Notes: generated by a model not told the origin, from the letters alone. Positions 49,690 to 59,909 are shown, numbered from the stretch's first letter. The stretch is 64,000 nucleotides of DNA from Candidatus Bathyarchaeota archaeon (GCA_963702095.1 OY969706.1:1408001-1472000), one strand, 5' to 3'. Numbers and translations are program-made.

Positions 49690-52395
49690 TCAGTGCCGTC
49701 TTCTTATCATAAGCGCCAAAACCGCGCCCACAATTATGATGACAACAATCACTGCGATTATGCCGCCTAGGAAATACATGGTATCGATTGATGTGCCGCC
49801 GCCTGCGCCTGAAGTAGAGGTGGGGTGAGCTGTGACTGCGTCGACTCCGAAGCTTGTTTCCGCCGAGGATCGCCAGTACCCGTTGGTTCCAGCAAAGGAA
49901 GCGTAGAGCAGGTATTGACCCGAAATGTCAGGTGTCCATTGGTAGCTGTAGGTGCCGGTTAAGTCCGTTGCTGTTTCGCCTATGGTGCGGTAGTTGCCGT
50001 TGGAATCCACCACGGCTAAAGTCACAGTTACACCGCTTGCGTTGGACGGTAAGGGCTTCTGTTGATAGACATAGCCCATCCAATCCGTCATGCTGCTGTC
50101 AGATGCCACTGGAACACCGTTGGGGAACCGAGCCGCCTGCGTGTCCTGTGTTGTTCCGCTTGAAATATCAGTAACTGATCCAGTGATAACTAATGATCTG
50201 CCCTGTTCAATCGAGACTCCGGGTGCAGTAACAGTGGTTTTGCTGGGTCCTCTGCCAACAACGTAGATTTGGTTGTCGTAACCGTTAAACCAAGTGTTGA
50301 AGCCATCAGCCATAGCATAGCTTGTACTACCGAACTCCATAGTAACCGAAGAAACCGTCCAGATTTCCGAGCCGTCAGTAGCGTTGACTGCACGCGCTAA
50401 GCCGCCCTTGTAGATAGGTGTAACCCATGTGTGTTCGCTTGTAACCATGTAGACAACGTCGTTGCCGATTGCCTGCACAAAAGTGGGGATGTTGCCGTAG
50501 GGCCATGCGAAGCCGCTGTTGGTGCTGTTGCCCGGGCCACCGTTGCCATAAGTCCAGAGCAAATTGCCACTTGCGATGTCATAGCAGTAGAGTATGCCGC
50601 CCATTGCCATGCTGTAGAGTTTGCCATAAGCGATTTGCCCAGAGAGCAAACCGGCGCTGGGGCTGCCATAGTAGTCAAACGCTACTTGGGGTTCTGAGGT
50701 CCAAAGGTGATTGCCTGAGTCTAGGCTGTAGCCTACCCACATGATGCCTTCCTTGTACGATTGCAGGAAAACACGTGTGTTCCAATCTACGCCGGCTTGT
50801 ATGACGGTGTAGTTGTTTGCTGGAGGCTGCAGCGTGTTCCACCATAACACTGAACCGATGGCGCCGCGGGAAGCGTTTAGGTTGACGAAAAAGTAGGTGT
50901 AGGGTGTGTTGCTTATGTAGCTTTGAAGGAGGTTTTCGCCGTTGGAGGGCAAGGAGCCGTTGTAGCAGAGTATGCCATCATCGTATTTTGCGGCGACAAT
51001 AGTGGGGGCAGAGGCGATTGTGTTGCGCCAGGGTATCGAGACGTTCCAGTCATAAGCGGAGTTTACGCCGCTGGAGACGCCGCCGTTTATTACGCCTGTC
51101 ATGGTTGGTGCAGCAGCGGTGCCGGGTATGAAGACTTTGGTGAGGTTCCATTGTCCAAGCCGCCAATCAGGAGTGGATGCGTTACCTGCGTTGTCTATGA
51201 TGTAGTTTAAGTATTCGCCGTCTGGACCCATCGTTCTAGCAGAGCCAAAAGTCGGCACGTTAGTCAGGTTGAATAGCCAGTTGCCTGTGTCACCGTCATA
51301 ACCTGTCCAGTTAGAACCACTGATAGCAATCAAAACCGGTGGGCAGACGCCGTGTTCATTCTGTGTTTGAACGTTCATCAAAAGACCCATCGAAAGCGCC
51401 GGCACGTCAGTTCGAGACCAAATTTGTTGTCCTGTACGCACATCTACGCAGACTGTTGGTCCGTAACCGATGCCGCCTACCCCGAAGCTGTACCCAGTGT
51501 TTGAGAAGCCCACGGGTGTTGTGTAGTATAACTTACCGTCGAGTATTATGGGGTTGTTATAACGGATCAGGTAAGCTGAGCCGTCAAAGAAGGTTTGTCC
51601 GGGAATTGCATAGTTGTTTCCGCCGACTACTCCGCCGCTCTGCAATGGTTTAGTCCACATGACATGGCTTGTCTGGGATCCGATGGCGTCACCTGGAAAC
51701 ATTGCTTCGCCGCCTTGGGCGCCGCCGGCTGCATCTTGGCCTGTGTTGGTGTAGCCGCCGTAGTTGGGGGCGCCTAAGCCTAGCCAGTTAGATGAGATGC
51801 TCCACCAGTCAGTGTTCTCACCGTAGATTGGACGACTCCAGTACTCAGTTGGCAATGGATAGCTATTGATTGCGGGGGGGATGGGATCTTCTTGGACTGT
51901 AAGGGTTGTTGATGCACTGCTCGGCGAAAAAGTGTCGTTTGTGTAGGGGTTGGGTCCGATGGGTGCCCCTAGACCAGCGGATATTGGCAGAGTGGAGGTG
52001 TAGGTTTCTCCGGGGTAGCTAAAGGTCAGGTTGTAGGTGCCGACTTGGTCGGGGATGAATTGGGCAAGCTGATTTGATGTTGTGTCCTGGATAACAGCAA
52101 AAGTTTGAGTTGAGACGTCACCATTGGGCGCTGTAATAGTAAGCTCATAGTTGTGGAATCTAAGGTCGTTTGTATAAGCCGCTCCATAGTAATAGTTGGT
52201 TAAAAACAGAAAGACGTTTACTTGTTGTCCTACCCCTATGGGGTTAGGTGCAACACTGATGTGTGCATAGGTAGGAATTTCCCAAGGAGGCGTATGCGCG
52301 TTGGCGTTGGGTACTAGAATTATTGAGGCTGCAATTGATGTCAGCAAAAGCATAGCGAGAATGAGAGAAAATGATCGTTTGATAACAAATTGCAC
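49690..52395 (-). CDS. Large secreted PQQ-like beta-propeller protein with C-terminal TM anchor
   Basis: Signal peptide, APNPIGVGQ, PLPTEYWSRPI, HVMWTKP, repeated D..tG..lW blades, C-terminal TM + RRRH. Confidence 0.85.
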   Translation of the reverse strand: MQFVIKRSFSLILAMLLLTSIAASIILVPNANAHTPPWEIPTYAHISVAPNPIGVGQQVNVFLFLTNYYYGAAYTNDLRFHNYELTITAPNGDVSTQTFAVIQDTTSNQLAQFIPDQVGTYNLTFSYPGETYTSTLPISAGLGAPIGPNPYTNDTFSPSSASTTLTVQEDPIPPAINSYPLPTEYWSRPIYGENTDWWSISSNWLGLGAPNYGGYTNTGQDAAGGAQGGEAMFPGDAIGSQTSHVMWTKPLQSGGVVGGNNYAIPGQTFFDGSAYLIRYNNPIILDGKLYYTTPVGFSNTGYSFGVGGIGYGPTVCVDVRTGQQIWSRTDVPALSMGLLMNVQTQNEHGVCPPVLIAISGSNWTGYDGDTGNWLFNLTNVPTFGSARTMGPDGEYLNYIIDNAGNASTPDWRLGQWNLTKVFIPGTAAAPTMTGVINGGVSSGVNSAYDWNVSIPWRNTIASAPTIVAAKYDDGILCYNGSLPSNGENLLQSYISNTPYTYFFVNLNASRGAIGSVLWWNTLQPPANNYTVIQAGVDWNTRVFLQSYKEGIMWVGYSLDSGNHLWTSEPQVAFDYYGSPSAGLLSGQIAYGKLYSMAMGGILYCYDIASGNLLWTYGNGGPGNSTNSGFAWPYGNIPTFVQAIGNDVVYMVTSEHTWVTPIYKGGLARAVNATDGSEIWTVSSVTMEFGSTSYAMADGFNTWFNGYDNQIYVVGRGPSKTTVTAPGVSIEQGRSLVITGSVTDISSGTTQDTQAARFPNGVPVASDSSMTDWMGYVYQQKPLPSNASGVTVTLAVVDSNGNYRTIGETATDLTGTYSYQWTPDISGQYLLYASFAGTNGYWRSSAETSFGVDAVTAHPTSTSGAGGGTSIDTMYFLGGIIAVIVVIIIVGAVLALMIRRRH

Positions 52396-52567
52396 TTTTT
52401 CTTTTTCTCCTAAAAATAGTTGAGCAAACGAATTGCTCTACTAGTCAGAGATGGAATGCGGCTATTAAAGTTTGTGCGTTTGGAACTTTGGCGAATAACA
52501 GCTTGGAAACAAGATTCTTGAGGGATTAGACCTCAAAAAAGGATTGACACGCTGCAGAAGGATTGGT

Positions 52568-52675
52568 TGGTGCGATCGCCGAGATTTGAACCCGGGTCGT
52601 CAGCGTGGCAGACGTTCACGGCCTCGAGACTAGCTCGGATGCTTGACGTACTAGACCAAACTAAACTGCGACTGC
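52568..52675 (-). pseudogene. Degenerate intron-containing tRNA-Gly(GCC)
   Basis: GCAGTCG...CTGCCAC...CCGGGTTCAAATCTCGG CGATCGC ACCA; ~30-nt insertion in the 5' anticodon stem; A.C mismatch in the acceptor stem; C instead of U8. Confidence 0.65.
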
Positions 52676-52829
52676 ACACCAGGCGTTTGGATAGCTACCG
52701 ACCTGTTGGCGCTCCCGCCCTGGAAAAACTATTTGAGCTAAAAAAGTGCTTTTCGGACTAAGCACTGACCCCGAAATTAGTTTTCTTTAAAAAAGTTTTA
52801 AAAGTTTTGAATGCTGAATAATAGTTTTT

Positions 52830-53744
52830 ATGTGGTTAGCGGTTAAGTTAGCGCGTCCAAGAACTTGGGCGTTCATTATATTAGCTTATTTTATAGGTTG
52901 GAGCTTAACAGGCAGTACTGATTTTTCTCTAAAATACATAATTGGCATGATTGTTTTTATCCTTTGGATAGCTTCTGTAAACATCATCAATGCTTATACC
53001 GATTATAACGAAGATAAAATCAATCTACCACAGAGAGTGAAAATGATTGAGCGATTAGGATATAACAAATTACCCTACATCGTAGCTGGAATTTCAATTA
53101 TTTGTTTTACCCTTTCTCTGACTTTAACTTTAGAGTTTCTAGCTATTTTCGTCATAGCGCTATTTGACGGATTATTTTATTCCCTCAAGCCCTTGAGATT
53201 TAAAGCAAATCCTGTGCTTAGCCTTGTTTCTTTTTCTGGAGCAGTTGTTTTTCCTCTATTGGGCGCATGGGTAATTACTAGGGGACTCTTTGGTTTTCCT
53301 ACACTATTTATCCTCATAGGCTACTCTTTTTTGGTTTATGGCACAATAAAAAATTTGCCGGACTACGATGGCGACCAGGCAGCTGGCTTAAGAACATCGG
53401 CAACCATTTTCAGCAGTAGAAGAAAAGCTATCGTTTTTGCAACCTTTCTCTTACTCAGCCCGTATGTGCTCTTAATTATCTTTGTACTCCTAAACAGCCT
53501 AGCTGATAAATTCCTATGGCTTCTGTCTTTACTTCCTTTTCTATCACTGATATGTTACCAAGCGTTTAAAGCCGCCGATACTGAGAATTTAGAAAAACTT
53601 CATACCTACGGTTTCTTCTATGAAGCTGGTTTTCTATCCTTAACGTTGTTTTTTGTTACAAACTTGCTATATGCCATCATAATAGTTTCGGTAACTCTTT
53701 CGATAACTTGCGTCATTCAATACATAAAAATTGATTCCAGATAG
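52830..53744 (+). CDS. UbiA family prenyltransferase
   Basis: LARP, NAYTDYNEDKIN.P.R, YSLKPLRFK, KNLPDYDGD..AG.RT. Confidence 0.85.
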   Translation: MWLAVKLARPRTWAFIILAYFIGWSLTGSTDFSLKYIIGMIVFILWIASVNIINAYTDYNEDKINLPQRVKMIERLGYNKLPYIVAGISIICFTLSLTLTLEFLAIFVIALFDGLFYSLKPLRFKANPVLSLVSFSGAVVFPLLGAWVITRGLFGFPTLFILIGYSFLVYGTIKNLPDYDGDQAAGLRTSATIFSSRRKAIVFATFLLLSPYVLLIIFVLLNSLADKFLWLLSLLPFLSLICYQAFKAADTENLEKLHTYGFFYEAGFLSLTLFFVTNLLYAIIIVSVTLSITCVIQYIKIDSR

Positions 53745-53788
53745 CAACCAATGAATCAACTGCAGCAAGTTCAATGAATTAGTTTTTT

Positions 53789-55546
53789 TCAAATTCTCGA
53801 TTTACCTGCCTTCGGTAATCTAATAATGAATTTCGATCCTTCGTTAACTTTACTTTCAAACGTTATACTGCCATCTAATACCTCGACTAGCCGTCTAACC
53901 ACTGCTAATCCTAACCCTTGACCCTTAGACTTCGTAGTCATCATTGGAGTAAAGAGTTTGGGCTTGACTTCTTCAGGAATACCAACGCCATTGTCAGAAA
54001 CCGTAATACAAACTTGCCCTTTCTTCTCAAAACCCGATAAATCTATTTTTCCTCCATTAGGCAAAGCTTGGAGGGCATTTGTAACTAGATTTACCAGTGC
54101 TCTTCTCAAGAACGCGGGGTCAGTCTTCAGTTGCACATCCTTAACGGTGGTTGTAATGGTAACATTGGTCGGAACATTGATGCTCTTGCAAACAATAGCA
54201 AATAAATCAGATAAATTGACCTCCTTAAGCTCAGGGGTGAGGGGTCTTGAGTAATCCTGTAGGTCTGCCACAATTTTATTGATATAAAAAATATTTTCTT
54301 CTATTAATCCAAGGCTCTCTTCCATTTGCAGTTTTGCGTTATTTGGCACTTCTTTTAATCCTTCTCGGGCAAAGTATAACTCGTTGACAATGGCCTGTAG
54401 TGGGTTACGGATGTCATGCCCAACCATACCAGCTGTGGCGCCAATAGCTGATAATCGTCTATTGATTTCTTGCTCAGTTTTGTCTTCAACGATATAGAGT
54501 ATTCCGTTTGCCGAAGGGTAGATTGAAATTTCAAAAATAGACTGCTTACCAGAATCTTTGCTTTGAGTGCTAACTGTATAATTAGCGTTTTGCCCGGAGA
54601 GTAAAGATTTGTAATAGCTGTTTATATCCACATATTTCACGAAAGGTAGGACATCAAAAACCTTCCTGTCAACTGCCTGTTCCGCTTTTACTTTTGTTAT
54701 TCTTTCCGCAGCTTTATTCCAATGTGTGATATTGAGGTCCCAATCTGTGGCAATGAACCCTTGACCGAAGCTATCATAGAGTTCCCGATAACTTGCCTCG
54801 CTCTCAGCTAGTTTCTTATTCTTTTCTGCAAGTGCGCTCTGTGCTTTTATGCGCTCAGTAATATCCCGTGTTATAATTTGTATAGCTACTGGTTTTCCAT
54901 CCTTGAAAATAGCTTGACCTCCAGTTTCAACGGGAACGATTGTTCCATCTTTCCTTTTTATTTCATACTCAAAATAAGGAACCGGTTTACCCATTCTTGC
55001 TCTAAGAAGCATTGAAACAGACGTCAGCCATAGCCTCTTGGGTGTAATGTCTTTAATATTGGTAATCTCTTTGAGAGGATAACCTGTCAACGTTTCTGAA
55101 GCCTTATTCGCAAAAAGAACCTTGCCCTTAAAATCTACAATCGCTATGGCTTCTTGCGTATTTTCCACTAAATTTCTATACTTTTCCTCGGACACTTTGA
55201 GTGCGCTTTGAGCTTTTTTATTCTCTGTTATATCTCTAAAGATAGCGACAACACCGCTTTCGGAAGGAAAAAGGTTCATCTCCCAAACGTTATCGGTTCT
55301 TGGAGTATTCCATTCAAAGCATTTTGCCTCGGATTTCTTTATGACTTCCACAACAGCTTTATGGAAAGCCTTCATTTCGACAACTGGGTGCTTAATTTCC
55401 CAAATATTTTTTCCTAAAATTTCGGGACTTTTCAGGCCTAACACGTTTGAGCAAGCAACATTCGCAAATGTTACATTTCCAACTCTATCGAGCGCAATAA
55501 TGTTTACGTCGGGCTGTCCAATAAAGTATTCATTTGCCAATGACAA
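53789..55546 (-). CDS. Cytoplasmic multi-PAS sensor histidine kinase
   Basis: Three PAS domains; H-box VGHDIRNPL, N-box NLVTNA, DNGVGI, GQGLGL. Confidence 0.9.
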   Translation of the reverse strand: MSLANEYFIGQPDVNIIALDRVGNVTFANVACSNVLGLKSPEILGKNIWEIKHPVVEMKAFHKAVVEVIKKSEAKCFEWNTPRTDNVWEMNLFPSESGVVAIFRDITENKKAQSALKVSEEKYRNLVENTQEAIAIVDFKGKVLFANKASETLTGYPLKEITNIKDITPKRLWLTSVSMLLRARMGKPVPYFEYEIKRKDGTIVPVETGGQAIFKDGKPVAIQIITRDITERIKAQSALAEKNKKLAESEASYRELYDSFGQGFIATDWDLNITHWNKAAERITKVKAEQAVDRKVFDVLPFVKYVDINSYYKSLLSGQNANYTVSTQSKDSGKQSIFEISIYPSANGILYIVEDKTEQEINRRLSAIGATAGMVGHDIRNPLQAIVNELYFAREGLKEVPNNAKLQMEESLGLIEENIFYINKIVADLQDYSRPLTPELKEVNLSDLFAIVCKSINVPTNVTITTTVKDVQLKTDPAFLRRALVNLVTNALQALPNGGKIDLSGFEKKGQVCITVSDNGVGIPEEVKPKLFTPMMTTKSKGQGLGLAVVRRLVEVLDGSITFESKVNEGSKFIIRLPKAGKSRI

Positions 55547-55935
55547 TCCTCTGTAAGATATTAAATCATATACTCTTAATATTTTCGACTTATTTCAAAC
55601 ACTAACACCCCGAAAAAGACTAAAGACCGCGAAAACAAATCAAAAGTTAATGGCGATGTCAAAGCCATGCTAACCAAAGGACTACGACCGCACATACATG
55701 GTTTTCCCCAGTCTAGTTACCAATTCATTAAAGCCTATTTGTGATTATTTAATTTTTTTGCTAGAGATGCAGCACTGTTTTTACCTTACTTTGGGTTTTA
55801 TGTCACATCGGAACATTGCTTATGCTTGGTCAAAAGTTGCTCTTGAGTAATAGATTGGTAAAAACCATGAAAGATGAAAGCTCTTAATATGTAGCGTTTA
55901 TTAGGAAGTTTTTAGATTGTTCGTGCACGCGAAAC

Positions 55936-56009
55936 GCGGTAATAGTACAGCTTGGTTAGTACATAGGCTTGCCAAGTCTAGGACCCGGGTTCAAATCCCG
56001 GTTACCGCA
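55936..56009 (+). tRNA. tRNA-Gly(GCC), intronless, CCA not encoded
   Basis: GCGGTAA/TTACCGC, GTAC/GTAC D stem, TAGGC-TTGCCAA-GTCTA, CCGGG-TTCAAAT-CCCGG. Confidence 0.9.
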
Positions 56010-56269
56010 CTGTAATCTCTTATTCATGCCAGTTATCGAGCCATGCTGAATATGTTCGTCCACCCGGATAAGGCAATAGGGGGTCAAGACTAAACTGTTA
56101 GCTATAGAGGCAGAAACACAAAAGTTAACACTAACCAGCGCGCATCCTAAAACTAGCCAATCAAGCTACTACTTGCACGGTTACCTATTCGGTTTCATGT
56201 ATGCAGTCAATTTTCAGTAAAAAGCCTTAAAAACAAACCCTTGTATAATCGGATTTTTGGGGGAGAAGG

Positions 56270-58294
56270 CTGCACAATTCACAGAAGATTATAGCGGTTT
56301 TGCTATCTGTCTTAATAGTGGTTCTAGTAATTACCGCGTGTACTATGCCATCCAGGGGACAAACAGGCGATTCATGGACTATGTTTGGGCATGACCTTTC
56401 AGGCGCAAGATACTCCACATCCTCGGCGCCCAAAACCAGCCAACTATTTTGGCAAGTCACTCTTGAAGGTCAAGTGCGCTCAGCAGTCACAATTTCAGGC
56501 AACAAAGCGTACACGGGCTGTTTTGGCGGAAACGTTTACGCTCTGGATGCAAGCAACGGAAACATCGTCTGGACGTACAAAACAGGCGGCGATGTTTGGT
56601 CTACTCTGATGGTGGCGAACGGCGTAGTTTATGTGGGTTCAAACGATTTTAATTTCTACGCGATTAATTCTGAAACGGGCAGTTTAATTTGGAGTTTCCC
56701 AACAAGTGGAGCGGTTTGGTCTTCTCCAGCAATCGCTAATGGAATCGTTTATGTGGGTTCAGCAGACGATAACATGTATGCTCTTGACGCTAGTACAGGT
56801 GCCCAAATTTGGAGTTACCCTACAGGGGGAGATATTAGAAGTTCACCCTCAATAGCCAATGGAGTAATCTATTTCAGTTCACAGGATAGCAGCCTCTACG
56901 CTTTAGACGCTGCTACAGGCACAAAAATCTGGAGTGCAACAACCGGTGACGGGGACACATACACGAATTCTTCTCCCGCCGTCGTTGATGGGGTAGTATA
57001 TATTGGTTCAACCGACACTAACCTTTACGCCTTTAGAGCTTCAGACGGGACAGCTGGTTGGACCTTCAAAACCCCCAGCAAGGTCTCCTCGTCACCAGCC
57101 GTTCATGCGGGGGTAGTCTATGTTGGGTCAGAGTCAGGCGATTTCTACGCGATTAACGCTGCATCAGGAAAACAGGTCTGGAGTTATTCAACCGAAGGTC
57201 CCATCTATTCTTCTCCAGCTATTGCAGACGGAGTGGTTTATGTTGGCTCGTATGCTCCTGATAACTCAGTTTACGCATTTGACGCTTCATCAGGAAAACT
57301 GCTATGGAGCTACCTAACTAACAGCGGCGTATTTTCTTCTCCAACCATAGCAGGCGGAGTGATGTTTGTCGGCTCATATGATAGTAACGTTTACGCTTTC
57401 GGAACAAAATTTAACCCCAGCAGCACATCCGACCAGACTCCAACCCAAAACCAAACAGGTTACATTGCAGGAAACGTTTGGGCACCTCCTCCAGCAAACG
57501 GGGTAGCATCAAGCATCGTCACAGTTGGAATGATAGCATTAACTGCCATCGTTGCTGCAGCATTGTCAAGCGTGCCAGCCTCCGCAGCCTCCGTTTCAGG
57601 CAGAATCATTGAAAAAATAGGTGGCAAACTTAGGGGGTTTTTGCCCAGCAGCGTTAAGGATTGGTTTGAAAGTTTGGTGTTGTCTAAACATAAGTTGAAG
57701 ATTGAGGAAAAACAGGGGTCACTTTATAAACCGACAAAGGGGGAACTTTTAGTTTATTTAGCGTCTATTCTTATTTTTTCGATCTCTTTTGCCTATGTAC
57801 AAGTTGACTCGTTTTCTGAGTTTTTAGTTGTTTTACCAACTTTTGTAGGCACGAGCCTAATTGTTAGCTTAGTAAGAACTTACCTGCTCACTGTCTTCGC
57901 GAGGCGAATAGGTGTCTGGACAGAATACAAGCTATGGTACTTGGGTATTGCGCTGTTCGTGATTTCAACCGTTGCTTTTCATGCTCCGTTCTCCTCGCCG
58001 ACGAGAAGAATCAGCACTTCAAACAAGCCTGCAAACTTCGGCGGCATCGTGACAAGCGTTAGCATATTAATCAGTTTGGGTTTTGCAGGCATTTTCTTTG
58101 CGCTTCTCATGGCAGGGTTCACTTTGGTAGGCGGAGCAGGTTTGGCAATGTGCTTAATAGCGGCTCTAATTGACACCATCCCCATCAAACCCATGTTCGG
58201 AGCAGACATCTACAAGTACAACAAACTCGTCTGGGCAACCCTGTTCCTTTTAACCTTATCACTTTACGCAATATGGTTAACCCAATTCCTGTAG
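56270..58294 (+). CDS. PQQ-like (BamB-type) beta-propeller fused to a C-terminal multi-TM domain
   Basis: Eight SSP.v.dGvvYvGs.d..lYAlda.tG..iW repeats followed by ~7 TM; start CTG 56270 or TTG 56300. Confidence 0.8.
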   Translation: MHNSQKIIAVLLSVLIVVLVITACTMPSRGQTGDSWTMFGHDLSGARYSTSSAPKTSQLFWQVTLEGQVRSAVTISGNKAYTGCFGGNVYALDASNGNIVWTYKTGGDVWSTLMVANGVVYVGSNDFNFYAINSETGSLIWSFPTSGAVWSSPAIANGIVYVGSADDNMYALDASTGAQIWSYPTGGDIRSSPSIANGVIYFSSQDSSLYALDAATGTKIWSATTGDGDTYTNSSPAVVDGVVYIGSTDTNLYAFRASDGTAGWTFKTPSKVSSSPAVHAGVVYVGSESGDFYAINAASGKQVWSYSTEGPIYSSPAIADGVVYVGSYAPDNSVYAFDASSGKLLWSYLTNSGVFSSPTIAGGVMFVGSYDSNVYAFGTKFNPSSTSDQTPTQNQTGYIAGNVWAPPPANGVASSIVTVGMIALTAIVAAALSSVPASAASVSGRIIEKIGGKLRGFLPSSVKDWFESLVLSKHKLKIEEKQGSLYKPTKGELLVYLASILIFSISFAYVQVDSFSEFLVVLPTFVGTSLIVSLVRTYLLTVFARRIGVWTEYKLWYLGIALFVISTVAFHAPFSSPTRRISTSNKPANFGGIVTSVSILISLGFAGIFFALLMAGFTLVGGAGLAMCLIAALIDTIPIKPMFGADIYKYNKLVWATLFLLTLSLYAIWLTQFL

Positions 58295-58371
58295 TGCAAT
58301 AACACAAAGCCATCCTCGATATATTTCCGCCATAAGAACTGCCTTTATTACCACAAACACGTCTAACCCGT

Positions 58372-58456
58372 GGCGGTTAGGGGCTGAGCTATTGCATGTC
58401 CTCGCATGGGTCACCACATGTCAGCCAAGCATGGGAAAAAACAGCCCCTAACTTCC
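58372..58456 (+). ncRNA. Candidate small structured RNA
   Basis: Perfect 11-bp terminal stem GTTAGGGGCTG/CAGCCCCTAAC; TTTATTA box ~25 nt upstream. Confidence 0.4.
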
Positions 58457-58617
58457 CCAAAAATAGCGCAATCGTATAGCCCTTTGGTTGTTTTCAATTG
58501 AGGCGCGTCTTTGCGTGTAGGCGTTGTGCGGATTTACATACACAAGCTTATAAGGAAAGTATTATGTATTAACAGACAGTATACGTTAACCAACCCTTCA
58601 GAAGCAATAAGGCTTCA

Positions 58618-59196
58618 ATGGAGAGATGAACAACGAAAGTCGGATTAGCTGCACCTCTATACCTATCGGTTTCATGGATTCTAACTGTTAGCTACCAGTT
58701 ATTGACAGATACAGCCGTTAAAGCAATGGGAACTCAAATAGGCGTAGTGTGGCCATCCGCAGCACTCTGGATAAACTCAAACATTGAAACGATCACCTTC
58801 ATCTATGCGTTTACATGGATCTTTGTTTTGTCTTCAGTAATTCCAGGAGCGATTCTTGGAAGAGAAAGAGGCGTTTTAGCGCAGTATTTGGTTGTGCTGA
58901 CTCTGAGTCTAATCGCCTTTTTTATGCCGGATATTCTTTTTGCAGCGTTAGGGTTCAAACTAGATGACATCGTTAGTTCAGCAACCGTTCTTCAAAACCC
59001 ATTCGTTGCTGCACTCTATCTTTCGGCGCCCTACCTGTTTATGATTGGCTTGGACTATCGCGGACGAGTCGTGAGAAACAGAAAGAAAAAAACCGAAGCA
59101 GCCATGAAAGAAAATCAGTTCACGGAAGAGAGACTTCATAGTCTAATTAGAGGCGAAAAAGTAGAGGAAAAAAACGAGGACAAACAGAAAAGCTAG
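58618..59196 (+). CDS. Membrane protein; in-frame TGA at codon 4 if ATG 58618 is the start
   Basis: MER*TTKVGLAAPLYLSVSWILTVSYQL is in frame with the track ORF at 58702; 4 TM. Confidence 0.6.
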
Positions 59197-59301
59197 TCGT
59201 TTAAACCTCGATATCCGAAGGCTGTTTGAACAAAATTATCCTCCCAGTGCTCGATTGTTATAGTTATGGTACAATCACAACATTTTTTATGGCATTCCGC
59301 A

Positions 59302-59434
59302 CCTATGGGTAATAACCGCGCATAGGATGATAACATCCAAAAGCGTCTGGCGAATCAACGGTTAACAGAAACGCAGGCGATAAAGTCAAGTTTCCCCTCT
59401 CTCATCCAACCCTTCGCTTGCGCCAAGTTAACTG
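59302..59434 (+). promoter_or_regulatory. Candidate structured 5' leader or ncRNA upstream of tfs
   Basis: Nested helices CGGTTAAC/GTTAACTG and CGCAGGCGA/TCGCTTGCG; hairpins CCTATG/CATAGG and GGATG/CATCC. Confidence 0.4.
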
Positions 59435-59468
59435 CTGGAAATCATTGTTAAATGGAGGTTAAATATCT

Positions 59469-59819
59469 ATGGAGTTTTGTCCTGAATGTGGATCACGTCT
59501 AAAACCAGTCAAAGTTAACATGGGAAAACAGGCAACATTAATGTTAACATGCACCAAATGTGGAAGCAAAAAAAAGGAAGCGCCCCTAGAACCTAAAATC
59601 AACGGCAAATTTATTGAGCACAGCCCCAAACAGTTTGTAGCAGTCATCGGCAAAGAAGAACAGGAACTCACCACGTTACCGACCATCCACATGGATTGCC
59701 CCAACTGCGGAAACAACACCGCAAACGTTTGGCTGGTGCAAACCCGTGGCTCCGACGAGTCCTCCACCCAGTTTTTACGCTGCAAAAAATGCGGTTACAC
59801 CTACCGAGAATGCACCTAA
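59469..59819 (+). CDS. tfs: Transcription factor S (RpoM/TFS)
   Basis: Two Zn ribbons (FCPECG; CPNCG...QTRGSDE...RCKKCG) with the catalytic DE pair. Confidence 0.9.
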   Translation: MEFCPECGSRLKPVKVNMGKQATLMLTCTKCGSKKKEAPLEPKINGKFIEHSPKQFVAVIGKEEQELTTLPTIHMDCPNCGNNTANVWLVQTRGSDESSTQFLRCKKCGYTYRECT

Positions 59820-59909
59820 TTTTTTCTTTTTTGTTTTTAGAAAAGCTTATGAGAAGAAAGAAAACAGTATAAGGTATCGCTTGTTTATCGACGATTTGAG
59901 GTTATAGCT

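Noticed and set aside
52567-52761. 64-aa ORF MVRSPRFEPGS as a real gene
   Set aside because: It is largely the antisense translation of the tRNA-Gly-like sequence
56385-57400. Internal DNA repeats with ~120-bp period
   Set aside because: Explained by protein-level beta-propeller blade repeats
58627-58629. Selenocysteine recoding of the in-frame TGA
   Set aside because: Not a redox-motif context and no Sec machinery or recognisable SECIS in the window
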